From contig MCFE01000692.1 of NCBI GenBank assembly GCA_002104905.1, forward strand, positions 1 through 44,552: DNA of 44,552 nucleotides, read 5' to 3'. The DNA is from Basidiobolus meristosporus CBS 931.73. Its lineage: Eukaryota; Fungi; Basidiobolomycota. Shown here in pieces: positions 26,492 to 38,100 of this stretch; positions within the stretch are counted from its first letter, which is position 1; every line of letters begins with the position of its first letter. The translations under genes were made by a program, and so were the position numbers. The notes below the pieces were generated by a model that saw only the letters and a program-made list of their open reading frames with translations, did no database searches and was not told the DNA's origin.

Positions 26492-26649
26492 ATCTGATAA
26501 ATGTGTACAGAAAATATACAGCTATTTGATATAAGAAGATGCACTAATGGTTTGACTCAATATAAGATTTATTATGACTCCTTTTATATAGGTTTTTTTC
26601 GTTATCAGATCTATGATGGTTATGACAAATATTACTTTCGTTATCAGAT
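26492..26649. promoter_or_regulatory. Three ATCWGATAA sites upstream of the oxidoreductase
   Basis: ATCTGATAA 26492-26500, TTATCAGAT 26602-26610 and TTATCAGAT 26641-26649. A minus-strand TATATAAAAG lies at 26581-26590. Confidence 0.75.
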
Positions 26650-28256
26650 CAGAAATCTCATAAGATTAATTGATTGGCATAGTCGACTGGATAGAGCATT
26701 AGCTAAAATGGCTTCATCACGAAAATCACCAAATATTAGCAGCAGTAATTTCCAAGCTGTTCCACATTTATCATCTCAAATATTCGACAGGGTTATTTTA
26801 AGGAGATACCTGCGGAATCAGCGTGGTGTGTGTTGTCATCCAGAAGTGTCTACTAACCGATAATCACTGTGGTATCAAAAATGCTAGTATTTAAAATATC
26901 TATCGAGTGTGCATCTTTGAGTGTATGCAGATTGTGTAGCCTTTAGCAACTTTGAGAATTATTCATCTTCCCATTTTTCAGCAATTATAATTATTAGCTT
27001 AGACAATTGAAGCCCAACTCCAATTTAAATCATAGCCAGATGACTAAGCAGTGGATCTTGATTCGTTTACAGGTCACTGCAACTACACTCATGTATCTAG
27101 GTCTTGAGAAGTTAGCCCAGCTTTTTGGCACCGACCTCAAGCCACTCCTATTATTACCTTTACGATATTCCGAAAGTAAAAAAATACGCCTCCAAATGAA
27201 AATCACTTTGAATTCCAAAAGAATAGTAAGAAATACAAGCAAAAAATTCAGTGAAAGATTCAAGATTCAAGCTTTCACCACACCAAGTATGATTTGCACC
27301 AATTGGTATATCAGAAACCGATTTACTCTTTTTAGGATGAGGAATACCTGAAAAGCAAAATATCCAATGTGCTGGCAACCCCAGAGCTAGATACACAACC
27401 CCTAAAACCCTTCTGGCATATTCTTGCCATGAAATCCTAAACTCTCTGTGATATACCACAATTGATAAACCATAACTACGCTACGTTTGCACTTGTGGAT
27501 TAGAATCATATTGCTACAAAGACACAATGCTAGCTAGGCCTCTAAAATAGATATTACATTTGATAAGGTTATGCATTGGATTGATTTTGTAAGCTCCTTT
27601 TATCAAATCTTCACAACGGGTAAGCTAACCCTAGCGTGCAGCTTTCTATAGCATTTTGCTATACATTCCAATAACAAATTGATCCTAAGATACAAGAACT
27701 CGCATTTGCCCAAAAAATCCAGCGAAAACACACAATTACTAATCGTTGCCGTATTCCTTCTAGGTCCTTATTCAACATCCGAAATGTACCTCTACTTTGG
27801 TTAAATACTCCAAATTGAAACTTAACTGCATGCATTCATATGTGGTGCAGAGCCAACAAATCGCAAATTTGATCCTCTGAAATCAACCCTAAATCACCGA
27901 AAATCAAGATCACTAACAATTCACCAAAACAAGAGTGGTGGTCAGTACCCGAATGCTGTTCAAACGCTATGAACCATTTGGTAACTGGGAAATCACTCCG
28001 TCTAGCCGTATTTGGGGATTACGTGGATTGCCAACAGTAGCACAATCCACGTCAATGAGAAGCTATCCAAGAAAGTGGCATAAGTAATTTCGCTGAGACG
28101 TGCCTACCCACCGTTGTATACTGCGTCCTGGTCCAGCAAGAGCCTGAACATATATCTCAGAAAAAGGTAGAGTTGATGGAAATAAAACAAACTGTTGATT
28201 CATTGATGCCAGGTAATGAGGAACATTTAACGCATTGCGTACAATACGATATAAGG

Positions 28257-29624
28257 TTAGAGACGGTGGATAGATTTTCCATCAACAAATACTTCGATGA
28301 TGTTGCGATCGTCGCCATTGTTAATGAATTTCTCGAAGGTGGTCTTGATATCATCATGATCGAATAGGTCAATGGGGGATCCATGGGAAAGTGGATCAAT
28401 GATCAGAGCATCGAACTGCTTCCCTACCACGAAGTTCCCGATCGAGCTCTTCATACCGAGCACATCTGCACCGCCAAGGGTAGCGAGATAGAACATCTCG
28501 GCCAGCTTGAGGTACTTGTCGTTGGGATGCTCGAAGCTACGGGCGATGGCAGAGAAGTAGCCATTGCGGATGTTGTTAAGGATGGAGGGGCTGTACCCGC
28601 CAGACACATCCGTACCAAGACCAAGCTTTTGACCCTCACTCAGCATCTGACGAATCTTTGCGATGCCGCTTCGCAGACTGAGGTTGGAGTTGGGGCAGTG
28701 AGAGATGCCTGCGTCTCTTTGCTTCAACAGCTGACGCTCAGCATCACTTGGGTACACCACGTGGGCCATGATGGTTCGGTTCGTCAACAGGCCATGGGAG
28801 TCGTACACTGAGGTGTAGTCAGGCTGATCAGGGTGGAGCTGCTTGACCCAGGCAATCTCGTCGAGGTTCTCGTCAAGATGCGACTGGATCGGGACATTGT
28901 ACTTTGTCGCGAGTGCACTCAGTCCTCTCATCAACTCACTCGTGCATGAAGGCACAAAGCGAGGGGTGACAATAGGGGCGACCCGTGAGTTCTTCTTTCC
29001 CTGGACATATTGGATGAAGGCCTCGGTGTCTTTCAGACTCTGAGCGGTGGTCTCGATCAGGTAGTCAGGGGAGTTGCGGTCCATGTTGACCTTTCCTACG
29101 AAGGCTCGCTGTCCCCTGGAGGCCACAATGTCGGCAAGCGCCTTCGAGGCCTCCAGGTGGATGGTGGCGTAGTAGCTTGCGGCCGTGGTGCCGCTTCGGA
29201 TCACTCTGTCGATAACCTTGCTGTACGCGCTCCTGGCATAGTTGGTGTTGTTGAATCGAGACTCGCGGGGGAAGGTGAAGGTGTTGAGCCAGTCCAGCAG
29301 CTGTAAATCCATCCCGGAGCCGGTGAATACATATTGTGGAGCATGGATGTGCGTGTCGATTAGTCCAGGCATGAGAAACTTCTGGTTACCTAATGGGAAG
29401 AGACTGACACCGTACTTGCGGGCAATTTGTTGTGCCTGACTCGCACTGGCATTGGTCTCCACCTGGATGATCTTTCCCGACCTATCCACAGCAATGACCC
29501 CATTGGTAGCATGCTCCAACGAGGTGACATTGACAGAATGGACAAAGTTGCCGTAGAACACAGTCTGGGCAGAAATCGACCCAATCAAGGTGGCAGATAT
29601 AATGGCAAGAGAGGTAAGATACAT
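28257..29624 (-). CDS. Guanine deaminase (amidohydrolase family) with predicted signal peptide, copy 1
   Basis: PGLIDTHIHAPQY, QSHLDEN, MAHVV, SHCPNSN, LGTDVSGG and NGDDRNI, all GuaD/Gud1/cypin-type motifs. Intronless, with N-terminus MYLTSLAIISATLIGSISA-Q. Confidence 0.9.
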   Translation of the reverse strand: MYLTSLAIISATLIGSISAQTVFYGNFVHSVNVTSLEHATNGVIAVDRSGKIIQVETNASASQAQQIARKYGVSLFPLGNQKFLMPGLIDTHIHAPQYVFTGSGMDLQLLDWLNTFTFPRESRFNNTNYARSAYSKVIDRVIRSGTTAASYYATIHLEASKALADIVASRGQRAFVGKVNMDRNSPDYLIETTAQSLKDTEAFIQYVQGKKNSRVAPIVTPRFVPSCTSELMRGLSALATKYNVPIQSHLDENLDEIAWVKQLHPDQPDYTSVYDSHGLLTNRTIMAHVVYPSDAERQLLKQRDAGISHCPNSNLSLRSGIAKIRQMLSEGQKLGLGTDVSGGYSPSILNNIRNGYFSAIARSFEHPNDKYLKLAEMFYLATLGGADVLGMKSSIGNFVVGKQFDALIIDPLSHGSPIDLFDHDDIKTTFEKFINNGDDRNIIEVFVDGKSIHRL

Positions 29625-30598
29625 AGCTAGATGTTGTTAATACCTCTACAGCGAGTTAAGCTTGTTTATATACTTCTATGGAGCACGAGATAGTTATAAT
29701 CTTCTCAAATGTGTAAGGATAGGCTTCACACATTTGATATTTTCAGTGTTCCCACATGGTAATGTAGATTTCCGTTTGAGGGTACATTTGGGCTACATGC
29801 TCTTAGTTTTCACATAGAGTTGGCTTCTGCATAAAAAGTGACGCTATGAACGAATAATATCCGTGAGGGGTTTTGGTAACACGGGAAATCATTGGTAACC
29901 GGACATCTACTTGGCTGAATTTCACTATCGTTTTCAAATCCTATAGAAAACAATACAATAGCGTGATGCGATTATCCAAATTCTCCAAGTATTTCAAGCC
30001 ATTAATAAGTTAAAAACACAATTAGAACCAATGAGGAACAATATCTCGAGATTGTTCAATGGTCTATTGGGAGTCATATAATCTTAACCTGGGAATCCCT
30101 TCTAAAATGATGTAATTGCACATTTGCGAACTCTACACCACACCTCACCACACGGAGGTTTTCGATTTGGAATCAAAGACAACTCTACTGCTGATAGCAT
30201 TAACTCATTCTAATTCAAGCTTGGACCGATGATTAACGAGCGATGTTGTACCGAATCTATGGTAGGTTTACGAAATTTGTGGCAGCGAATGCTCATCAAA
30301 GTGAATAAACTTATCTACTACAGAAAAATGGACCAATAACAGGAATATTTTCAAATCACCTCCCAAAAACACATTTTGATCAGATGAGCATATAAGTACC
30401 TTCCGTTCACAAGTAGTAGCATGGAATATTCCAAGAACTTGAGTGGATCCTGTAGTTATATCGGCAATCATTAATATGGGGACTAATGCGGTAAGATTTT
30501 CCCAAAGATTATAACGCCTGACCTCAAACGGTATAATATAAATACTTTGCATCTGCCATAGGCACTCAAGTATCAACCTAAGAATTGTTCCACTAACA

Positions 30599-31966
30599 AT
30601 GTACCTTACGTCTCTTGCCATTATATCTGCCACCTTGATTGGGTCGATTTCTGCCCAGACTGTGTTCTACGGCAACTTTGTCCATTCTGTCAATGTCACC
30701 TCGTTGGAGCATGCTACCAATGGGGTCATTGCTGTGGATAGGTCGGGAAAGATCATCCAGGTGGAGACCAATGCCAGTGCGAGTCAGGCACAACAAATTG
30801 CCCGCAAGTACGGTGTCAGTCTCTTCCCATTAGGTAACCAGAAGTTTCTCATGCCTGGACTAATCGACACGCACATCCATGCTCCACAATATGTATTCAC
30901 CGGCTCCGGGATGGATTTACAGCTGCTGGACTGGCTCAACACCTTCACCTTCCCCCGCGAGTCTCGATTCAACAACACCAACTATGCCAGGAGCGCGTAC
31001 AGCAAGGTTATCGACAGAGTGATCCGAAGCGGCACCACGGCCGCAAGCTACTACGCCACCATCCACCTGGAGGCCTCGAAGGCGCTTGCCGACATTGTGG
31101 CCTCCAGGGGACAGCGAGCCTTCGTAGGAAAGGTCAACATGGACCGCAACTCCCCTGACTACCTGATCGAGACCACCGCTCAGAGTCTGAAAGACACCGA
31201 GGCCTTCATCCAATATGTCCAGGGAAAGAAGAACTCACGGGTCGCCCCTATTGTCACCCCTCGCTTTGTGCCTTCATGCACGAGTGAGTTGATGAGAGGA
31301 CTGAGTGCACTCGCGACAAAGTACAATGTCCCGATCCAGTCGCATCTTGACGAGAACCTCGACGAGATTGCCTGGGTCAAGCAGCTCCACCCTGATCAGC
31401 CTGACTACACCTCAGTGTACGACTCCCATGGCCTGTTGACGAACCGAACCATCATGGCCCACGTGGTGTACCCAAGTGATGCTGAGCGTCAGCTGTTGAA
31501 GCAAAGAGGCGCAGGCATCTCTCACTGCCCCAACTCCAACCTCAGTCTGCGAAGCGGCATCGCAAAGATTCGTCAGATGCTGAGTGAGGGTCAAAAGCTT
31601 GGTCTTGGTACGGATGTGTCTGGCGGGTACAGCCCCTCCATCCTTAACAACATCCGCAATGGCTACTTCTCTGCCATCGCCCGTAGCTTCGAGCATCCCG
31701 ACGACAAGTACCTCAAGCTGGCCGAGATGTTCTATCTCGCTACCCTTGGCGGTGCAGATGTGCTCGGTATGAAGAGCTCGATCGGGAACTTCGTGGTAGG
31801 GAAGCAGTTCGATGCTCTGATCATTGATCCACTTTCCCATGGATCCCCCATTGACCTATTCGATCATGATGATATCAAGACCACCTTCGAGAAATTCATT
31901 AACAATGGCGACGATCGCAACATCATCGAAGTATTCGTTGATGGAAGGTCCATTCACCGGATCTAA
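30599..31966 (+). CDS. Guanine deaminase with predicted signal peptide, copy 2 (inverted near-identical duplicate)
   Basis: Same motifs as copy 1. The two 455-aa translations differ at only four positions. Confidence 0.9.
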   Translation: MYLTSLAIISATLIGSISAQTVFYGNFVHSVNVTSLEHATNGVIAVDRSGKIIQVETNASASQAQQIARKYGVSLFPLGNQKFLMPGLIDTHIHAPQYVFTGSGMDLQLLDWLNTFTFPRESRFNNTNYARSAYSKVIDRVIRSGTTAASYYATIHLEASKALADIVASRGQRAFVGKVNMDRNSPDYLIETTAQSLKDTEAFIQYVQGKKNSRVAPIVTPRFVPSCTSELMRGLSALATKYNVPIQSHLDENLDEIAWVKQLHPDQPDYTSVYDSHGLLTNRTIMAHVVYPSDAERQLLKQRGAGISHCPNSNLSLRSGIAKIRQMLSEGQKLGLGTDVSGGYSPSILNNIRNGYFSAIARSFEHPDDKYLKLAEMFYLATLGGADVLGMKSSIGNFVVGKQFDALIIDPLSHGSPIDLFDHDDIKTTFEKFINNGDDRNIIEVFVDGRSIHRI

Positions 31967-34900
31967 ATTGCAAAGCAGTATGTTCTCGTTCCAATAGCAC
32001 GCATGGAGTTTTAGGATAGTGTCTAATATTGTAGTCGGAACAAAACAGATACTGAGGTGTTTATTCTTTACCATATTCTATTCATATCTACTGTTGTTCA
32101 TTTCTACTCGACTTTGTGAGTCACATTGGCGCACACGAAGATATAAAAGCATGTTCCTCCAAAATTTCTGCAGCTTGCTATATGTTTTCACTATCAGTGT
32201 TAATGTGTGCGTACCCACCATGTGCATTGATTTCGAAGGCGTTTTACTCGACTACCAAACGAATCATAAGTGTTCCATCTTTTTCACAAAATTAGAACAT
32301 CATTTATCAGGCACGTACATATACATATAAGATTTTCAGTTGCAACCGATATTTTGCCACTTTGAAGTAGACAAAATCATTAAAGCTAGTCCACTCCTTA
32401 CGGCAACTCTGTCTCAGTAGCTATATCTCAATCAAATTTATTGTCTGGAGCAAGAGGAGATGGTAACTTCAAGGCAGTTTGTAATATAATGGATATATTG
32501 CTAAGACCAGTTATACACTAGCTTATGCGTTGGTGTGATTATATTGCCGATTAGGGCAAGCTTGTATGTTGGGGCATTGTGTTGGTGGCTTACAGTCATA
32601 TTGTCAAGACCCACCTTCAACTGCTTGACAAGTTCTCAATGCTTCCCACACTCCTAAAGACGGGGATTAACTTGCATGTCTAATGGATGGGGATGGTTGC
32701 AACAACTTATGTTAAGCTTGCAATCACTCCCGATTAGCTTACCTGCATAGCAAGAGGCTCAAGAAAAGTAGGCTTCCTGATCTGCTGAGCCTTTTGTTAT
32801 AGATAGGGGTTATCTGAGGATTAGGAAAAGAAGATACCCTAGGGGACCTACCCTAACCATAATAGATGGATCCTCGGAACTTTCCACTCCGATCGGAGAT
32901 CCGGTGAAGTATTGACTTTCGGCTTCCTGTATAATGGAATGTTGATCACTTTCACAACTGTCGGAGTTCATACAGAGTAATGTTATCCATTTGCACCACT
33001 ATGTAAACCAAATGCTATTTTAAAAGGAAAAATTTCTACCGAGAATCAACCTTCCCGCAATCCCTATGGTGTATTTATTAACAACACCAACAAGCATTGG
33101 TTCATTCCAGTCAGCAATCAGTTGGTTTTACTTAACTACACATGGGTATACAGACCTGGGGTACATCATCACGGATGGGTATAAAAGCATCACATTGGTG
33201 CAGTGGATACTCAACGCCCATAACCTATTCTACCTGAGACTGTAGACTCTACTTCTAAGACGAGAATCGTTTATTAGATCGAGTAGGTCTTCAATAGTGG
33301 TTCTGCAACGAGTTTCAATGCTCAAGCACCATGGCTCCCTAGCCCTGCTGTGTATTTCGTCATTATAGTAGAGGCACTTTGAAGTGATTAATAAATACTT
33401 CAAATCCAATCCATCATGTTTCACTGTAATATTGGCAGCGTGATATTTATCTTGGCGCATTTACCAATCCTTACCAAGTAAATTTTTGGATCATTTTAGC
33501 TTTGAGCCTGATTATTGGAAAATTTATTCTTCAGAATGTGGGGAAATTGGGGATGTCGTCTATAACGTTATTAACAGAAGACAATGAATTTGCGGCTCAT
33601 TTCTCGCATCATATGGTTAGATTAAGCTTGTCAGGTGCCGGAGACCGTAGTCTGCGATGGTTCGACTTCTCTGGTACTCATATCACCCATAGTAACCTGA
33701 ATTCCAACCAGTTTAACACTATAGCTTTCAAGTATGGATTTCACCAACCATTTCCTCATATGCCAAGGATGTAGTTGATGCTATGGACCTTTTGTTGGGT
33801 TTTAATGTCCAAGAGAAATCCCTGATTAGCAAGCAATCCAGCCTTGGTTTGCAATTTTTGGACGTTACTCCATCGTAATCGTATGTTCTTGGACTGCAAC
33901 CAACTTAGTGATATAAACATTCCAACCTGCAACGTCGCAGAGTAATTTGTTGATTTGGTATGCTTACAGCCTAAAATACTATAAAATGATTGACACTCTT
34001 TCTAGGTGGATGTTAATACGAAGTTCCCTGCCGCAGGCGATCCCATTTCTCACCTACAACGATAATCCATTAAAACCCGGAATCAATCAATTAATGGAAG
34101 AGCGTGTTTTCTCAACTACACACGCCATTGCTAACGATTAATTCAACCATATCGTAAAACGCAGTTTAGAAATGTAGATTTAATGGTCACGTGATTTGAC
34201 TCAAATGGCATGTAATGTCTTACTATTTATAAAGGCAGGAGGCCATAAACAAAAATTTAACAGTAGAGACACCCCGAAGGATGTTCGCGTCAAAGACCCT
34301 GAGGCGCTGTGCAATGCCCAAGTTCTAAACCGAACGGTCCGCCTACCTGATCACAAACTGCTCCTACCAAGTAAGTATGGGTCGCTAATGAAATCAAGTT
34401 GATATTATATATGATGTATATAAGTTATGGGATGAAATTCCATCATGAGATCTAATTTTGGTGTATTGAGCAGTGGCTAACCAACATCAAATGGCCCGTG
34501 CAGTTTGAATACATTTTCAGAGTAGAGAATTCCCGAACCCCAAGTTGTCCTAAAGGCCACAAACCTTGCACACATCTATCCATGGGTTTGCACAACATGT
34601 TTCCATAGTTACGCGATATTCATTTTTAATCAAAGAGTCATCAAGTGAAGGTGATACACTTTCTGATAACCTTAAATCCATTCGAAGTCTTCACTCAGAT
34701 ACATATCGATGTCAGACGACTGTCAAGATTATTTGTACTTCCAGGCTACCTGAAGGCCCCGACACTTTGCTTCCATCTCTCTGTGATATTCTAGAGCATG
34801 ATCAGAACGCCAATCGTAGAGTAACCTTGATACCAATATTTTTAACCCCCTTTGCTGATCATGGGTAATACACAGAAGATTACCGTCTTTCTGATAAGTA

Positions 34901-35720
34901 GTTGGTCATTAGACTTTGCCGTTTGTCTATTGGTGAAGCGGCAATTGTCCTTTCTGTTGGCTGATCTGATCTCGATCCGTATGCTGGCTACTCTATCATT
35001 CATCACCGACACTTCTCATTACTAACCTCTGATGATCGTATCGACAACGTCGAAAGTCACAACTGTGTAGTCGGTTTTTCATAGAATGATCAAATACTCG
35101 ATTCTACATATGTTCCTAGCGTGATCAGAATAAATAATCAGTAATATATTATCATTCCCTATCACTCGATCATCTATCTTTCTTTACGCCAATTTCGAAG
35201 CAAATATTGCCGTAGACGTAGTTGTACTGGTATTTATTGAACACTGCCCTTCATAAGCACTATTGGATATCGACACATACTGCTTTGATGTATGCGAAAG
35301 TGATTACAGGAATCGTCTGTGGAAGTACATATTAACTGGTGTTCTGTCTTATTTGCCCGCTTCCACTATTTATGGAATATAGTAGTTCTCATGCTTATCG
35401 GATGTGAAGAAACGATACCGTTATGGTCAAGCACAACTACAGGTAGCTCACATGAGTCTGATTAGAGTCATACCAGTATAGAGTATGGATTCCTGATGTT
35501 AGCAAGTAGGTCCCTAGCCTCCAACCTGATCAAGTGAACCCGTTGGGTAGTATGGTGTAGCACAAGCATATCTAATGGATATACCTTCCATAACGGTAGA
35601 CTCAGCTCTGTACCAAAATGGTTATATTTGCGTTGTACCACCAGCATGTTGTGTGCAATTCCTCATATAAATAAGCCTGCCTGTAATCCAAGATTGACCA
35701 TCTCACAATCTCTATATACA

Positions 35721-37022
35721 ATGAGGCTTAATTCTCCAATGATGCAGGTCATATTAGTTGGCTTTGCATGTTTCTGCTGCCCGGGTATGTACAATGTAAT
35801 CAACAGTCTAGGTGCCGGAGGACAGATGGACGACAACACCACTAAGAATGGTAATGTTGCTCTTTACGCTTGCTTCTCTGTATTTGGTGTGTTCGGTGGG
35901 GCCATTCACAATGTCCTCGGTGGGCGTTGGACTATGGTTAGCGGCGGTCTCACGTACGCACTGTACTCTGGTTCCCTTGTATATTATAGCAACACCAAAG
36001 AGCCCACCTTCGTCATTATTGCTAGTGCAATTCTAGGTATTGGTGCTGGTATGTTCTGGACTGCCCAAGGTACAATTATGATGTCCTATCCATCCGAGAA
36101 TCAGAAAGGCCGCGCAGTCGGAATCTTCTGGATTATTTTCAACATGGGCGCCGTACTCGGTTCTTTCATTCCCTTCGGCCTCAACTTCCATTCCTCAGCA
36201 GGACAAGTGAGCACCGCTACCTACTATGTATTGATGGCACTTATGGTTATTGGTGCTCTGCTTGGCTTGGGCCTCATTCCCCCCGAGAGGGTAGTACGCG
36301 AGGATGGTTCCCGTGTGCAAGTCTCCAAATTTGAAAACGTCGGTGGTGAGATCATTGAGATCCTGAAACTATTCAAGAACAAGAACATGCTCTTGCTCCT
36401 CCCCTTGTGCGTCACTTCCAACTGGTTCTACTCTTATCAGTTCGGTGCTGTAAATGGTGTTCTTTTTAATGTTCGTACCCGCTCATTCAACAGTGCCTTC
36501 TACTGGGGTGCTCAAATGATTGGCGCCTATGGGGTGGGTCTGTTGCTCGATAATCCCAAGCTTCAGCGTCGCACTCGTGCCTTATACGGACTTGCTCTGG
36601 TAACCGTACTAACAATGATCATATGGGGCGGTGGTCTTGGTCTTCAAGTACAATATACTCGGGAAGATCATCCTAAAGACATCGATTTCATCAACGGCCC
36701 AGGATGGGGCGGCAAGTTTGCCTTATATCTGTTCTACGGTTTTCTGGATGCCGTTCTACAAACTTATGCTTATTGGTTAATGGGTGCTCTCTCTAATGAC
36801 AGTCACGTCCTTGCTCGTTATGCTGGATACTACAAAGGACTCCAATCTGCTGGCGCGGCTATTGCCTGGGATATTGATGCTAAGAATACTCCTTTCTTGA
36901 CTCAGCTGATCATCAACTGGGTACTGTGCACAGCCTCCCTTCCTTTTGCTTACATTGTAGCCAGAGGTGTCAAGGATACCTCAGAGGAGGATGGTGAGAA
37001 GGTCGAGATGGAAAAGTCTTAA
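35721..37022 (+). CDS. UNC-93-like / DUF895 MFS-type membrane protein
   Basis: QVILVGFACFCCPGMYNVINSLGAGG, GLTYALYSG, GAGMFWTAQG and ARYAGYYKGLQSAGAA, with multiple TM segments. Intronless. First ATG at 35721. Confidence 0.85.
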   Translation: MRLNSPMMQVILVGFACFCCPGMYNVINSLGAGGQMDDNTTKNGNVALYACFSVFGVFGGAIHNVLGGRWTMVSGGLTYALYSGSLVYYSNTKEPTFVIIASAILGIGAGMFWTAQGTIMMSYPSENQKGRAVGIFWIIFNMGAVLGSFIPFGLNFHSSAGQVSTATYYVLMALMVIGALLGLGLIPPERVVREDGSRVQVSKFENVGGEIIEILKLFKNKNMLLLLPLCVTSNWFYSYQFGAVNGVLFNVRTRSFNSAFYWGAQMIGAYGVGLLLDNPKLQRRTRALYGLALVTVLTMIIWGGGLGLQVQYTREDHPKDIDFINGPGWGGKFALYLFYGFLDAVLQTYAYWLMGALSNDSHVLARYAGYYKGLQSAGAAIAWDIDAKNTPFLTQLIINWVLCTASLPFAYIVARGVKDTSEEDGEKVEMEKS

Positions 37023-37459
37023 CCAAATATGTTACCGCATGAATGTCATGCCCATTTTATTTAATGCAATTTAATAAACCAAAGTTATTTAGTAGTTATG
37101 AGTATTCAACTCAAGTACAAGCACCTTTCTTTTTCAAGTATAGTGTAGAGGGAATCTAGTGAATGCCGTGGTTTGGAATAGCTACATTGCATGTGTAATA
37201 AAGGTCACATGTCCATATTACCCCGGAGAAACAAAACGGAAAACCTGTTCATCACATTTGCATTCAGAAATTCGGGTGGTCAGTCAACTCCTATTGTTGC
37301 GATTGGAATGATTCACCTACTGAACCTGAAGTAGAAAGACGAGATATCATTTAGCATTAGGATCGCTTGGTTTGAGAAGGGAGTGCTGCGAAGTATTTCA
37401 CGTGAGCAATGCAAAAATACGTACTGAGGAGAGTAAACAGTGGAATAACAATTCGAAAT

Positions 37460-38091
37460 TCTGGATTTGCTCTATCTGGCTTATGGTATATATCATAGTC
37501 AGCATTGCTCCTTTTGAAACTCAAAGATTCCAAATCAGAATCTAACATGCAATTCCAGGCTATTGGTGATTGTTTGAGTATAAATAAAGACTTTTTAAGC
37601 TTGCAGACCAGATGGAGGTTATCTTGAGCAACAAAACCATCCGGCTGGTCCATACACATGTCCTCATCAAGTTCTCCATTCAAAAATGCAGTTTTTACAT
37701 CCATTTGATGTATAAAAAACTTATGTTTGGCTGCAATAGCCAATATTAATCTAATGGAATTAAACTTGGCTGCTGGTGCAAAGATCTCAGTATAGTCAAG
37801 TCCTTTTGTTTGAGAGTATCCTTTGGCCACAAGTCTTGCTTTGTATTCTTCAATTGAACCATCTGCATCCAATTGATTTCTGGTTGATTGGTAATTTGAC
37901 TAAGTCCCAAGTTTGATTTTCCATCAAGGCCTGATATTCCTCAGTCATTGCAGATCTCCAAAATTTCAACTGATGGCTATTTAGGGCCTATTTTACAGTC
38001 TGGGGTTCATCAATATGAACTGAATAGGCATAGGCTAAGTTTGTACCCTCATTGATATAGTAATTTGGGCTATTTCTTGTCTAATTGGATC
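37460..38091 (-). mobile_element. Copia RT fragment related to the 6013-9577 element, truncated at a telomeric junction
   Basis: YKARLVAKGYSQ, QMDVKTAFLNG and KLKKSL. The DNA aligns by eye to ~7295-7950 and ends abruptly before accTTAGGG. Confidence 0.9.
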
Positions 38092-38100
38092 ACCTTAGGG

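Noticed and set aside
26700-28200. AT-rich ORFs 27007-27351 and 27160-27459
   Set aside because: They overlap on opposite strands, have non-ATG starts and contain no motifs.
13403-31966. APRT plus two guanine deaminases as a purine cluster
   Set aside because: They are 14 kb apart with unrelated iron genes between them. APRT lies in housekeeping context next to NOP1 and no shared motif was seen.
32100-35600. Scattered ORFs, including a possible multi-exon minus-strand gene near 32800-33460
   Set aside because: Some protein-like stretches are present, but there is no consistent splice model or family assignment.
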